From an uncultured delta proteobacterium (GTDB taxonomy: Bacteria > Myxococcota_A > Polyangia > Polyangiales > Polyangiaceae): a stretch of 64,000 bases of DNA. The notes under the pieces were generated by a model. It saw only the letters and a list, made by a program, of their open reading frames with translations, did no database searches and had not been told where the DNA came from. Below are positions 1-11,476 of the stretch, in pieces. The translations under genes were made by a program, and so were the position numbers. Each line of letters starts with the position of its first letter. Position 1 is the stretch's first letter. Location of the stretch: contig CAWAIF010000003.1 in NCBI GenBank assembly GCA_963782055.1, positions 64,001 to 128,000 of the forward strand, written 5' to 3'.

Positions 1-495
1 CGCAACGACGCCAACATCGACTTCGACTTCCGCTCCGACACGCTGAGCAACGCCAACTTCAACCCGGTCTTCCAGATCCAGCCGGCCGCCGACTTCTTCG
101 TCATCGACAACCTGAGCCTCGGCGGGCTGGTGGACTTCACGGTGTTCGACACCAGCGTCAACCTGGGCCCTCTGGGGACGGTGTCCGCCACCAGCGTGGT
201 GCTCTCCTTCCTGTTTCGTGCAGGATACAACGTCCCGCTGGGCGACCACTTCTCCCTCTGGCCGCAGCTCGGCATCGGCGCCGGGTTCATCACCACCAAC
301 AACAACGGCGGCACCTACGGCCTCGTCCCGCTGGACCTCTACGTGCCCCTGATGGCGCACCCCGCGCAGCACTTCACGCTGGGCCTGGGGCCCGGGCTGC
401 ACTTCAACTCCCTGACCAACAACGACATCGCCGGCCTGGGCATCGGCGCCGCGCGCATCGACGTCCTGCGCTTCACCATCGGCGGCTGGCTGTAA
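1..495 (+). CDS. Outer-membrane beta-barrel protein, 5' part outside the window
   Basis: Frame is open from base 1 (RNDANIDFDF..PAADFFVIDNLSLGG). Alternating hydrophobic strands and a C-terminal FTIGGWL beta-signal-like end. Confidence 0.65.
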   Translation, partial: RNDANIDFDFRSDTLSNANFNPVFQIQPAADFFVIDNLSLGGLVDFTVFDTSVNLGPLGTVSATSVVLSFLFRAGYNVPLGDHFSLWPQLGIGAGFITTNNNGGTYGLVPLDLYVPLMAHPAQHFTLGLGPGLHFNSLTNNDIAGLGIGAARIDVLRFTIGGWL

Positions 496-519
496 GCCGC
501 CGGCGCCCGGCGCCGGGCG

Positions 520-1284
520 CTACTTCAGCAGCCAGCCGAAGAGCATGTGCCTGGTCGCCTGGCGAGAGACGATCGCGATGGAGTCCACCAGCGGGATCTC
601 CTTCGGGCAGACCTCCACGCAGTTCTGCGCCTTGCCGCATCCGGCGACGCCGTCCTCGTCCATCAGCGTCTCCAGACGCGCGCCGGCGTGCATGCGGCCG
701 CTCGGGTGCATGTTGAACAGCCGCACCTGGCTGATGGCGGCCGGGCCGATGAAGCCGGAGGAGTCGTTGACCTGCGGGCACGCCTCCAGGCAGCAGCCGC
801 ACGTCATGCAGCGGGAGAGCGGGTACATCTCCTCCTGCTCCTCCCGGCTCTGACGCGGCCCGGGCCCCAGCGCGTGGATGCCGTCCAGGTCGACCCACGC
901 CTTCACCTTCTTGAGCGAATCGAACATGCGGGAGCGGTCCACGACCAGATCGCGCACCAGCGGGAACTTGGTCATCGGCGCGAGGGTGACCGGCTTGCCC
1001 TCCGGGCTGATGACGTCGATGAGGGCGGTGCAGGCCTGCCGCACCTTGCCGCCTACCAGCATGGTGCAGGCGCCGCACACCTCCTCCAGGCAGCTCGACT
1101 CCCACACCACCGGCGCCACGTCCTTGCCGTCCACGGTCCGCGGGCTCTTGCGGATCTCCATCAGCGCGCTGATGACGTTCATCTGCGGGTGCCAGGGGAC
1201 GTCGAACTCCTCCCAGCGGCGCGTGTCCGGCTTGTTCGGGCTGTCCTGGCGGAGGATCTTGAAGCGGATGACTTTCTCGGCCAT
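520..1284 (-). CDS. sdhB: Succinate dehydrogenase/fumarate reductase iron-sulfur subunit
   Basis: SCLEEVCGAC 2Fe-2S motif, CMTCGCCLEACP and CGKAQNCVEVCPK cluster motifs; directly downstream of sdhA. Confidence 0.95.
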   Translation of the reverse strand: MAEKVIRFKILRQDSPNKPDTRRWEEFDVPWHPQMNVISALMEIRKSPRTVDGKDVAPVVWESSCLEEVCGACTMLVGGKVRQACTALIDVISPEGKPVTLAPMTKFPLVRDLVVDRSRMFDSLKKVKAWVDLDGIHALGPGPRQSREEQEEMYPLSRCMTCGCCLEACPQVNDSSGFIGPAAISQVRLFNMHPSGRMHAGARLETLMDEDGVAGCGKAQNCVEVCPKEIPLVDSIAIVSRQATRHMLFGWLLK

Positions 1285-1293
1285 GGCGTTCTC

Positions 1294-3336
1294 TCAGGTG
1301 CTGGTGGTGGCGGGCTTCTCGGTCCTGGCGGCGGCCTTGCCGCTCGTGGCGGTGGCGCTCGCGGCGCCGGCCGTCTCGTACTTGCGGGGGCGCGGCTTGA
1401 CCAGCGAGACGTCCACCTCGTCGGTGACGTGGATGGGCTCGCCCAGCATGGAGTAGTCGAAGTCCCGCACGTACTTGATGCGGTGGTTGGCCTTCTCGCC
1501 GCCGTCCTCGTGGAAGGCGAGGGTGGTGCGCAGCCACTCGGCGTCGTTGCGCTCCGGGAAGGCCGGCTTGTAGTGCGCGCCGCGTGACTCGTCGCGGTTG
1601 CGCGCGCCCTGCGCGACGACGCGCGCGAGCACCAGCATGTTGAAGAGGTGCCGCACGAACTGGGCGCTCGCGTTGGAGCGGGTGCTCCTGTCCAGCACGT
1701 TGCACTTGCGCGCGCGGTCCTCCAGCTCGTCGATCCGGGCGAGCACCGCGTCCAGCTTGGCGTTGTCGCGCTCGATGGTCACGTCGCGCAGCATCATCTC
1801 GCCGAGCTCGTGGTGGATGACGAAGGGGTTCTCCTCGCCGTCCATCTTGAGGATCTTCTCGTACTTCTTCGTCTCGCGCTTCTGCGCCTTGTCGAAGACG
1901 GAGCTCGGCAGGTCGAAGCTGCTCTTGCTCATCCCGGTGCGGTACGACGCCATCGCCGGGCCGGTGACGAGGCCGCCGTAGATGCAGGAGAGCAGGGAGT
2001 TGGCGCCCAGGCGGTTGGCGCCGTGGTACTGGTAGTCCGCCTCGCCGGCGACGTAGAGGCCGGGGATGCTGGTGGCCTGGTTGCGGGGCGAGTCCTTCAC
2101 CAGGCCGCCGTCGGCCGCGCGCTCGAAGTCCGCCCAGAGGCCGCCCATCGAGTAGTGCACCGCGGGGAAGACGCGCATCGGGTTCTCGTAAGGGTCCTCG
2201 CCGACGAACTTCTCGTAGATCTCCAGGATGCCGGCGAGCTTGCGGCGCAGCACGTCCTTGGGGATGTGCGTGAGGTCGAGGTAGACCTCCTTCTCGTTGC
2301 GCTGGCTCTTGGTGTTGTAGACGCCGCGCTTCTCGTGGAAGCACTTCTTGAAGAGCTCGCGGCTGGCGATGTCGCGCGGGACGAGGTTGCCGTAGCCGGG
2401 GTAGCGCTCCTCCAGGAAGTACTCGCGGTCAGCCTCCGGCACGTCGCGGCCGGGGCGCTTCTCCTTGGCGTCGCGCGGGACCCACACGCGCCCGCCCTCG
2501 CCGCGCGCGCTCTCCGAGATGAGGCGGAGCTTGTCGGCGCCGGGGATGGCCGTCGGGTGGACCTGGATGCACTCGCCGTTGGCGTAGCACGCGCCCTGCT
2601 GGTACGCGGTGGCCGCCGCGGTGCCGGTGTTGATCACGCTGTTGGTGGAGCGGCCGAAGATGATGCCGGGTCCGCCCGTCGCCAGGCACACCGCGTCGCC
2701 GGGGAAGGCCTCCATCTTCATCGACTTGAGGTCCTGCGCGACGATGCCGCGGCAGGTGCCCTCCTCGTCCAGGACGAGAGAGACGAAGTCCCAGAACTCG
2801 TGCTTGCGCACCATCTTCTCGCCGCGGATGGCGGAGCCGGTCTCGTCCTCCACGTCCACCGTCTCGTAGCGGCGCACCTGCTCGTCCAGGGCGTAGAGGA
2901 GCTGCTGACCCGTCGTCGCGCCGGCGAAGGCCGTGCGGTGGTAGAGGGTGCCGCCGAAGAGGCGGAAGTCGAGCAGGCCCTCCGGCGTGCGGTTGAAGGG
3001 CACGCCCATGCGGTCGAGCATGTAGACGATGCCCGGCGCGGCGTCGGCCATGCCCTTGACCGGCGGCTGGTTGGCGAGAAAGTCGCCGCCGTAGACCGTC
3101 TCCTCCAGGTGGATCTGCGGGGAGTCGCCCTCGCCCTTGGTGTTGACGCTGGCGTTGATGCCGCCCTGCGCGCACACCGAGTGCGAGCGCTTCACCGGGA
3201 CGAGCGAGAAGAGATCCACCGGGACGCCGGCCTCGCACAGCTTCAAGGTGGTGCTGAGCCCGGCGAGGCCGCCGCCGACGACGATCACCCTGCGGACCTT
3301 GCCGCCCTCGCTCTTGGTTCGGGTCTTCTTGGCCAT
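1294..3336 (-). CDS. sdhA: Succinate dehydrogenase flavoprotein subunit
   Basis: VVGGGLAG Rossmann motif, RSHSVCAQGG covalent-FAD His motif, HYSMGG and HGANRLGANSL motifs. Confidence 0.96.
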   Translation of the reverse strand: MAKKTRTKSEGGKVRRVIVVGGGLAGLSTTLKLCEAGVPVDLFSLVPVKRSHSVCAQGGINASVNTKGEGDSPQIHLEETVYGGDFLANQPPVKGMADAAPGIVYMLDRMGVPFNRTPEGLLDFRLFGGTLYHRTAFAGATTGQQLLYALDEQVRRYETVDVEDETGSAIRGEKMVRKHEFWDFVSLVLDEEGTCRGIVAQDLKSMKMEAFPGDAVCLATGGPGIIFGRSTNSVINTGTAAATAYQQGACYANGECIQVHPTAIPGADKLRLISESARGEGGRVWVPRDAKEKRPGRDVPEADREYFLEERYPGYGNLVPRDIASRELFKKCFHEKRGVYNTKSQRNEKEVYLDLTHIPKDVLRRKLAGILEIYEKFVGEDPYENPMRVFPAVHYSMGGLWADFERAADGGLVKDSPRNQATSIPGLYVAGEADYQYHGANRLGANSLLSCIYGGLVTGPAMASYRTGMSKSSFDLPSSVFDKAQKRETKKYEKILKMDGEENPFVIHHELGEMMLRDVTIERDNAKLDAVLARIDELEDRARKCNVLDRSTRSNASAQFVRHLFNMLVLARVVAQGARNRDESRGAHYKPAFPERNDAEWLRTTLAFHEDGGEKANHRIKYVRDFDYSMLGEPIHVTDEVDVSLVKPRPRKYETAGAASATATSGKAAARTEKPATTST

Positions 3337-3368
3337 CCGATGCTCCTGTGCTCCCGGTGACGCCTACC

Positions 3369-4067
3369 TCATCTGGAGGTGGGGTTGCACGCCGGGTCGG
3401 CCGTCTCCGACGGCGCGGGCAGAAGGAAGCGCGACCCGGTGGCGAAGTAAAGGACCGTGCTGGTGCCCATCAGGAAAAGGACCGCCCCGAGCGCAGCCGA
3501 CGCGTAGCCCAGACGCTTGCGGGTGAGGCCGTCCGGGGCGAAGCCCCAGGTGGTGCCGAAGTCGAAGAGGCCGTTGGCGAAGTGGAAGACGGTGGACGCG
3601 AGGCCGAGGAGGTAGCCGCACGCGATCCACGGGAAGCCCCAGCGCGTGGAGGAGAGGTGCATCTCCAGCACGGTGTGGAAGCTCTGCGGCGACATCCCGA
3701 ACAGCCACTGGTGGATGCGGAATTCGTAGAGGTGAAACGCCACGAAGACGAGGGTGAATGCGCCCGTCACCCGCTGCATGAGGTAGAGGCGGCCCGCCGT
3801 GGTCCGGGGCTGGAGCGCGGGCCTGCCCGCGATCGCCAGCTTGATGCCCCACCCCGCGTGGAAGGCGAGCGGCAGGTAGATGAGCAGCACCTCCACCACC
3901 GGCAGGGCGGGCGTGTGCTGCAGCATGTCCACGGCGCGGTCGAAGGCGGCGCGCCCGCGCAGCGCCGACGCGTTGGTGCCGAGGTGCAGCAGCAGGAAGA
4001 GGCCGAGGGGCACGACGCCGGCCAGCGACTGGAGCTTGCGGAGCTGCTGCGCGCGGGAGGGAGACAC
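3369..4067 (-). CDS. sdhC: Succinate dehydrogenase cytochrome b558 subunit
   Basis: About 5 TM segments with His ligands (LLHLGTN, AFHAGWG, AFHLYEF, FHFANG); first gene of sdhCAB. Start placed at GTG 4067, 9 nt after a TACATT hexamer; 4088 is the alternative. Confidence 0.85.
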   Translation of the reverse strand: MSPSRAQQLRKLQSLAGVVPLGLFLLLHLGTNASALRGRAAFDRAVDMLQHTPALPVVEVLLIYLPLAFHAGWGIKLAIAGRPALQPRTTAGRLYLMQRVTGAFTLVFVAFHLYEFRIHQWLFGMSPQSFHTVLEMHLSSTRWGFPWIACGYLLGLASTVFHFANGLFDFGTTWGFAPDGLTRKRLGYASAALGAVLFLMGTSTVLYFATGSRFLLPAPSETADPACNPTSR

Positions 4068-4097
4068 GTGCCGAGCAATGTAGAACACTTCGCCGGG

Positions 4098-6008
4098 ATG
4101 ACCGCGTGCTACCGTCGCCTGGTGAGCTCGTCGCGCGCGGCACGGCGCCTCGTGGGGGCCTCATCGCCGGGGCTCCTCCTCGTGCCCCTGTTGCTGGGGG
4201 CGTGCGCCGGCCCGCGCGTCGGCGAGACGGCCGTCCCGACGCTGGCCTCCAGCACCGACTCGGCCACGGCGTGGGCAGACATCCGCGACTCCTTCGCCCA
4301 CGACAGGCAGAGCGGCGCCGCCGGGGCGCTGCGCCTGCGCATCCAGCGCTTCCTCGTCCGCTTCCCGCACGACGAGCTCGCCCCGCTGGCGCACATCTAC
4401 CTCGCCAACCTGATGATCGACGCGGGCGACGTGCGCTCGGCCACGCCGGAGATGGACGCCATCGGCACGCTGCCGCCGGGCAACGCCCACGACTTCCAGG
4501 TCGCCACGCGCGCGCGCCTGCTGCGCCTGGCCGGGCAGCCCGGCGACGCCATGGCGATGCTCAGCCCGCTGGTGGGCAAGGTGGTGGACCCTGCGCTGCG
4601 CGGGCTGGTGCTGGAGGAGCTCACGCTGGCCGCCGTCCAGGCGAAGCGCGACTACGAGGCGGTCGCGTACATGGACGCGTGGCTGCGCTCGGCGCCGGAG
4701 CAGGACAAGGACGCGATTCGCAAGGAGCTCGCCGCCGAGCTGGCGCGCATGTCGCCGGTGGCGCTGGAGGGCTCGCTGCGCGCCATCGTCAGCGGCGAGG
4801 GCGGCGGCTACTCGGCGGAGCTGGGGCGTCTGCTCGCGCAGCGCGTGGCGCAGCAGGCGATCGACGCGCAGGACAGCAAGCTCGCGCAGTGGCTGCTCGG
4901 CTCCAGCTTCGGGGCCAGCCTGGCCACCAGCAAGACGGGCCAGGACCTCCGGGACCTCGCCACCAGCCTGCGCGGCGTGAGCACGGTGGCCGGCCGGACG
5001 ATCGGCCTGGTGCTCCCGACAGCCAACGCCGACCTGCGCTACGCCGCGGCGGACGCGGCGCGCGGCGTGGCTTTCGCCCTGAACCTGCCGCGCGCGACGC
5101 CGGACCCGGGCGCACCCCGGCTGGTCACGCGCGGCGACAGCGGCGGCAAGGACGGGCTGGAGATCGCGCTGGAAGAGCTCGCGGGCGCGGGCGCGGCGGT
5201 GATCCTCGCCGGCTTCGGCGGCGACGAGCCGGACCGCGCGCGACACTGGAGCGAGGCCAGCGGCGTGCCGGTCATCATCCTGGGCGTGCCGAAGGACAAG
5301 CCCATTCGCTTCTCCTTCGTGGCGGGGGAGCCGCCCGACGCGAGCATCGCCCTCTTGCTCGGCGAGCTGGCGTCGCGGGCGTCGCGCAGGGGCGCGGCGG
5401 GACCGCTGAAGGTGGCGACCGCGGTGGGGGCGATCGCGCGCGACGCGCTCGCCGCGGCGAAGACCCCGCTCACCCTGCTCCCGCCCGTCTCCTGCGAGCC
5501 CCCGCTCTCGAGCGCCCGCTTTCCGACGGCGAGCTGGTCGCACGACCACGTGCGCGACTTCCTCGCCGCCGGTCCGGAGGCGTGCACGCGCGCGCTCTCG
5601 CGGGCGCTGCCCGCGGGCGACGTGACGCTGGCGCTCACGCTGGAGGCCTCCGGTGGCGTGGACGTGTCGACCGCCAGCATGCACGTGCTCACCATCGGGG
5701 CGGGAGCGCTGCCCGCGATCCCGAAGAAGATGGACCCGCGTATCCTCACGTACAGCAAGCAGCTCGGCGACGAGCCGACCTGGTGGACGGCGATCGGCCA
5801 CGACGCGGCGGTGCTCGCCGCCGCCGCCGTCGCCCCCCTCCCGACCGACAAGGCGGAGAGCGCGACGGAGGTCACCAGGCGGCGAGAGATCGCCCGGCAG
5901 GGTCTGGTGGCCGCCAAGGCCTCCCTCTGGACCACCGACGCCCAGGCCTTCGGCGACGACCACCTCCTGCCCCGCACCCTCACCGTGGTCGAGCTGCCCC
6001 GACGCTGA
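4098..6008 (+). CDS. Lipoprotein, LppC/LpoA-like (TPR-like N-terminus plus periplasmic-binding-type domain)
   Basis: LLLGAC lipobox; helical repeat region, then RTIGLVLP and GHDAA motifs typical of PBP-I-fold LppC-like proteins. Start uncertain (4098 or 4122). Confidence 0.55.
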   Translation: MTACYRRLVSSSRAARRLVGASSPGLLLVPLLLGACAGPRVGETAVPTLASSTDSATAWADIRDSFAHDRQSGAAGALRLRIQRFLVRFPHDELAPLAHIYLANLMIDAGDVRSATPEMDAIGTLPPGNAHDFQVATRARLLRLAGQPGDAMAMLSPLVGKVVDPALRGLVLEELTLAAVQAKRDYEAVAYMDAWLRSAPEQDKDAIRKELAAELARMSPVALEGSLRAIVSGEGGGYSAELGRLLAQRVAQQAIDAQDSKLAQWLLGSSFGASLATSKTGQDLRDLATSLRGVSTVAGRTIGLVLPTANADLRYAAADAARGVAFALNLPRATPDPGAPRLVTRGDSGGKDGLEIALEELAGAGAAVILAGFGGDEPDRARHWSEASGVPVIILGVPKDKPIRFSFVAGEPPDASIALLLGELASRASRRGAAGPLKVATAVGAIARDALAAAKTPLTLLPPVSCEPPLSSARFPTASWSHDHVRDFLAAGPEACTRALSRALPAGDVTLALTLEASGGVDVSTASMHVLTIGAGALPAIPKKMDPRILTYSKQLGDEPTWWTAIGHDAAVLAAAAVAPLPTDKAESATEVTRRREIARQGLVAAKASLWTTDAQAFGDDHLLPRTLTVVELPRR

Positions 6009-6265
6009 CCGGTGGGGGGTGCATCCCCATGAAATCCGGGCGAAACGTCGGATTGCTAGCATGCGCACAATGGGCACGCTCCCGCTCCGCGTAGGAGTGA
6101 CGCGGGGGGGGGCCGCAAGCCGAGCGGTCGGACGGTGCGACGCCCAGCCCGAGCGGCGCCGGCCGCGCGATCGTTCGCCTGCTCGCGATCCGACGGAGGG
6201 GCGCATGGGCGGAGGGCATGCCCCCCGAAGTTGCCCGGCCCTGCCGCCGGCCATAGCTTCCCACC

Positions 6266-7288
6266 GTGCGCCTCGCGCTCTGCCTCCCCGTCTTCGCCCT
6301 GGCCCTGCTCGCCTGCTCCGAGCCGACGCACCCCCCCACGCTGGATACGGGCAAGAACATCCCCCCGCCCGGCGGCAGCACCCAGTCCGATGCCTCCGCC
6401 GATGCCGCCGCCGGCGTCCAGTCGCTCGCCACGGCCGATCACCCGCACGGCATCGCCGTCGGATCGGGATACGTGTATTTTACAAATTACGTCACCGGCG
6501 CGCCGGGCGAGGGCTGGGTGGGGAGCGTGCCCGCGGCCGGCGGCGCCTCCACCCTCGTGGCGAACAGCCTGGACGGACCGTGGGCGCTCGCCCTCACCTC
6601 CACCGACGTGGTGTTCACCACCTCCCCGGCGAGCGGCACCGGCGGTGTCTACTCCGTGCCGCAGGGGGGCGGCGCCGTCGCCGCGCTGGAGACGAACCTG
6701 CTGCTCGCGGTCGGCGTGGTCGTGGACTCGACGAACGCCTACTGGGTCGACCAGAACGGCGGGCTGGTGGTCGAGCGCGCGACACTGGACGGCGGCACGC
6801 CGCAGGAGATCGGCAACTACGGCGGCGTCGTCGATCCCGCCGGCCTGGCGCTGAGCGGCCTCGACCTCTACTTCTCCGGCTCCGGGCCCAACGGCGGCGC
6901 CTTCCACGTCGTCGCCACCGGCGACGGCGGCGTGGCCGACGTGCTCGACGCGCCCCAGTCGCTGCCCTTCGCCGGCGTCGCGGTGGACACCACCAAGGTC
7001 TACGTCGCCATCGCCGACGACACTCCGGCGGGCCAGATCCTCGCCTATCCCCGCGGCGGCGGCGTGCCCGTCGTCCTCGCCACCGGCCTCGACCGGCCCA
7101 CCAGCCTCGCGCTGGACGGCGCCAATCTGTACTTCACCAGCCCACGCGCCGGCACCGTGTCGGTCGTGTCGACCACGGGCGGGACGCCCCAGGTCGTCGC
7201 CGATGGGCTGAAGGATCCCGTTCCGCTCGCCGTGGGTGACGCCCTCTACGTCGGCGTCGACGACGCCGTCCTGCGCATTCCGAAGTAG
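6266..7288 (+). CDS. Beta-propeller repeat lipoprotein
   Basis: LALLAC lipobox; repeats such as P.gIAVd..yVYFT / LALDGANLYFT / vP..GG. Confidence 0.75.
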   Translation: MRLALCLPVFALALLACSEPTHPPTLDTGKNIPPPGGSTQSDASADAAAGVQSLATADHPHGIAVGSGYVYFTNYVTGAPGEGWVGSVPAAGGASTLVANSLDGPWALALTSTDVVFTTSPASGTGGVYSVPQGGGAVAALETNLLLAVGVVVDSTNAYWVDQNGGLVVERATLDGGTPQEIGNYGGVVDPAGLALSGLDLYFSGSGPNGGAFHVVATGDGGVADVLDAPQSLPFAGVAVDTTKVYVAIADDTPAGQILAYPRGGGVPVVLATGLDRPTSLALDGANLYFTSPRAGTVSVVSTTGGTPQVVADGLKDPVPLAVGDALYVGVDDAVLRIPK

Positions 7289-7554
7289 GCGCAGCCATTC
7301 GAAGTTCCACGCGGCGGGGAATATCCTGCGCCGTCAAAGGTTCTCGGGCCGGTCCGCCAAAGGTCACCATGCGGTCCGCCAACGCGGGCCCGAGCCAAGG
7401 CGGATCCCAACGTTGACACGAGGTGCCCCCTGGCTAGGATGCGCGCTCTGCAATTCCCAGCTTTTTTCGAGCTGTCGGACTGCCGGCTCGAGAGAGCCCG
7501 GTCGGGCACGATGGCTCGCCGCTCGGCTCGAAAGCCGCGCACGCAGGAGGTCGG

Positions 7555-8718
<1,164 letters not shown>

Positions 8719-8721
8719 GCC

Positions 8722-9582
8722 ATGGCAACCGACAAGACCACCTCCGTCGCAGAGCTCGGCTCCCGGTCCAAGGACCGCGACGCCGACAAGCCCAGGGCCA
8801 GGGCGACAGAGCCGGGGGGCGCCGCGGCGTCCGCCGGCTTCATGTACTCGGTCCGCAACACCCTCACGATCGCCAAGCGCGAGCTTCGCGCCTACTTCGA
8901 CTCCCTCGTCGCGTACGTCGTCATCGGCCTGAGCATGTCCCTGCTCGGCCTCTACTTCTTCTTCTACCAGGGCGGCTTCTGGCAGGTGGACCGCGCCACG
9001 ATGGCGCGCCTCTTCGACTTCGCCCCCGCCGCGCTCTGCCTCGTCATCCCGCTCGTGACCATGGGCGTGCTGGCGGAGGAGAAGCGCTCCGGCACCATCG
9101 AGCTGCTCATCACCATGCCGGTCAAGGACACCGAGGTCATCCTCGGCAAGTACCTCGCCGCGCTGGCCATGTGCACCATCCTCCTCGTCGCGACGATGAC
9201 CTACCCCGTCGCCATCTTCGTGTGGCCGTGGCACCTCGGCCCGCTCGACTGGGGTCCCGTCTGGACCGGCTACCTCGGACTGTTTCTGTACTGCGGCGCC
9301 GGCGTCGCCATCGGGATGATGTTCTCGGCCTTCACCGAGAGCCAGATCATCAGCTTCTTCGTCACCGCGGCGACGCTCACCGTCCTCTTCATCCTCGGCG
9401 TGCTCGTCCAGGATCTGCCGGGCGCGCTGGGCGACGTCGTCAGCTTCGTCAGCCTGCAGAGCCGCTTCCTGCCCTTCGCACGCGGCCTCATCGACACGCG
9501 GGCGATCGCCTACTTCGTGTCGATCGCCATCGTGTGCCTGCTCGTATCGTTCCGCTCCCTCGAGAGCAGGAAGTGGAAGTGA
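8722..9582 (+). CDS. ABC-2 permease (GldF-like)
   Basis: IAKRELRAYF, LAEEKRSGTIELL..P and ILGKYLA motifs; about 6 TM segments. Confidence 0.9.
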   Translation: MATDKTTSVAELGSRSKDRDADKPRARATEPGGAAASAGFMYSVRNTLTIAKRELRAYFDSLVAYVVIGLSMSLLGLYFFFYQGGFWQVDRATMARLFDFAPAALCLVIPLVTMGVLAEEKRSGTIELLITMPVKDTEVILGKYLAALAMCTILLVATMTYPVAIFVWPWHLGPLDWGPVWTGYLGLFLYCGAGVAIGMMFSAFTESQIISFFVTAATLTVLFILGVLVQDLPGALGDVVSFVSLQSRFLPFARGLIDTRAIAYFVSIAIVCLLVSFRSLESRKWK

Positions 9583-9585
9583 CCC

Positions 9586-11448
9586 ATGGCCATGGAACGT
9601 AGAACCAAAGCCGCTACCGAGAGCCTCATCCTCGTCGTCGTCATCGCCCTCATCTGCGTGGCGGTGAACGCCCTCGGCGCCTTCGGCGTGTACGCCCGCA
9701 AGGACATGACCAAGGCCGAGCGCTACACGCTGTCGGAGGGCAGCGCCCGCCTCCTGCGGTCGATGAAGCAGAACATGACCGTCGACGCCTACGTCACCAA
9801 GGGCCTGCCCAAGCTGGACGCCTTCGTGCGCGACCTGCGGGACCTGCTCCAGGAGTACAAGCAGGCGAGCGGCGGCAAGTTCGACTACACGATCATCGAG
9901 GCCAAGGACGACGACCAGAAGAAGAAGGACGCCGAGGCCGCGGGCCTCAAGGCCGTCCCCTTCGGCGAGGCCAGCGAGACCGACGAGAAGGTCGGCGTCA
10001 CGCAGGGCTACATGGGCCTCGTCTTCAAGTACGGCGTGGAGAAGGACACCATCCCCTTCCTCTCCCCGGACCAGGGCACCGGCCTGGAGTTCTGGATCAC
10101 CAACAAGATCCGCGAGCTTCGCGACCGGGGCGACAACATCAAGCACAAGATCGGCCTGCTCACCGGCGACGACGAGATGAAGCTCTCGGAGGGCAACCTC
10201 GTCCCCGGCGGCGGCGGGCAGGGCAAGCCGTCGATGCAGGACGTCATCGCGCGCAACTTCCCCTTCTACAACTTCGTCGACGTGGACCTGAAGGGCGGCG
10301 ACCAGCCCATCGATGACTCCCTCGACGGCCTGATCATCACCCAGCCGGGCAAGGACCTGAAGGAGAAGGAGCTCCGCCGCATCGACGAGTTCGTCATGAA
10401 GGGCAAGAGCCTCGCCGTCTTCGCCAGCGCGGTGAACGTGAAGCCCAGCGACGCGACGATGAACGCGACGCTGAGCACCCACGGCCTGGACAAGCTGCTG
10501 GACGGCTACGGCATCGAGCTCCGCAAGGACGTGGTGCTCGACTTCGGCCGCGCCTTCCACGTGACGATGCTCACGCAGGCGGGCCTCGCCAGCGTGCGCT
10601 TCCCGCAGCTCCTCGACGTGCTGGCGGACACGCGCTTCACCGGCGACAACCAGCTCCTCGACACCAGCTTCCCGCCCTTCTTCCGGCAGGAGCAGGTGGT
10701 GCTGCCCTTCGCCTCGTCGATCGTCCTGCACAAGGACAAGCAGCCGAACGCGTCGGACATCAAGATCGTCGCGCGCAGCTCCCCGCGGTCCATCCGCAAG
10801 ACGGACGACACGGTGGACCTCTCCCCCTTCCAGGCCTGGCGGCCCAAGGGCGAGTGGCAGCAGTTCGGCGTCGCGGCCGTCGTCGAGGGCAAGCTGAAGA
10901 GCGCCTTCCCCGCCGGCGACAAGCAGGGCGTGGACGCCGCGCCGGAGGTGCCGGAGGGCAAGAGCGCGCGCGTCTTCGTGCTCGCGTCCAGCCAGTTCAC
11001 CGCCAACCCCTTCGCCCGCGCGGGCAACGGGCAGGACATGAGCCAGTTCGGCATGCACATGCCGATGGGCGGGGACCAGAAGCTCCTGCAGATCGCCGGC
11101 CCCTACGCCGACATGTCGCGTGGCGCGGCCCCGCTGCTCTACGCGATCCTCACCGTCAAGAACACGCTGGACTGGCTGAGCGGCGACGTCGACCTGCTCG
11201 CCGTCTCGGCCAAGATCCTCAGCGACCCCGGCCTCGTCTACGGCGACGTCAGCGCGCCCAAGTTCGACGAGAACGAGACCGAGGACGACATCAAGCGCGA
11301 CGAGAAGCAGATGCGCGAGGCGCGCAAGTCCACGCAGCGCGACATCGGCCTCTTCCTCACGTTCTTCGCGCCGCTGGCCTTCATCGGCTACGGCGTCGGT
11401 CGCTGGCGCTGGCGCACCAACCGCCGTATGAACGTGAAGCTCGCCTGA
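9586..11448 (+). CDS. GldG-family ABC accessory protein
   Basis: N-terminal TM, DMT...RYTLS..S..LL motif, DLLQEY, a GATase-like middle domain and a C-terminal TM; operon context. Confidence 0.85.
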   Translation: MAMERRTKAATESLILVVVIALICVAVNALGAFGVYARKDMTKAERYTLSEGSARLLRSMKQNMTVDAYVTKGLPKLDAFVRDLRDLLQEYKQASGGKFDYTIIEAKDDDQKKKDAEAAGLKAVPFGEASETDEKVGVTQGYMGLVFKYGVEKDTIPFLSPDQGTGLEFWITNKIRELRDRGDNIKHKIGLLTGDDEMKLSEGNLVPGGGGQGKPSMQDVIARNFPFYNFVDVDLKGGDQPIDDSLDGLIITQPGKDLKEKELRRIDEFVMKGKSLAVFASAVNVKPSDATMNATLSTHGLDKLLDGYGIELRKDVVLDFGRAFHVTMLTQAGLASVRFPQLLDVLADTRFTGDNQLLDTSFPPFFRQEQVVLPFASSIVLHKDKQPNASDIKIVARSSPRSIRKTDDTVDLSPFQAWRPKGEWQQFGVAAVVEGKLKSAFPAGDKQGVDAAPEVPEGKSARVFVLASSQFTANPFARAGNGQDMSQFGMHMPMGGDQKLLQIAGPYADMSRGAAPLLYAILTVKNTLDWLSGDVDLLAVSAKILSDPGLVYGDVSAPKFDENETEDDIKRDEKQMREARKSTQRDIGLFLTFFAPLAFIGYGVGRWRWRTNRRMNVKLA

Positions 11449-11476
11449 CGCGCACCTGAACCCCAAAGAGCGAGAA

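Noticed and set aside
3348..4097. N-terminal extension of the 886-aa ORF
   Set aside because: It is antisense to sdhC; the lipoprotein signal begins after 4098.
7504..7519. GGGCACGATGGCTCGC as a sigma54 promoter for the ABC operon
   Set aside because: GG-to-GC spacing is off by one base, which sigma54 does not tolerate.
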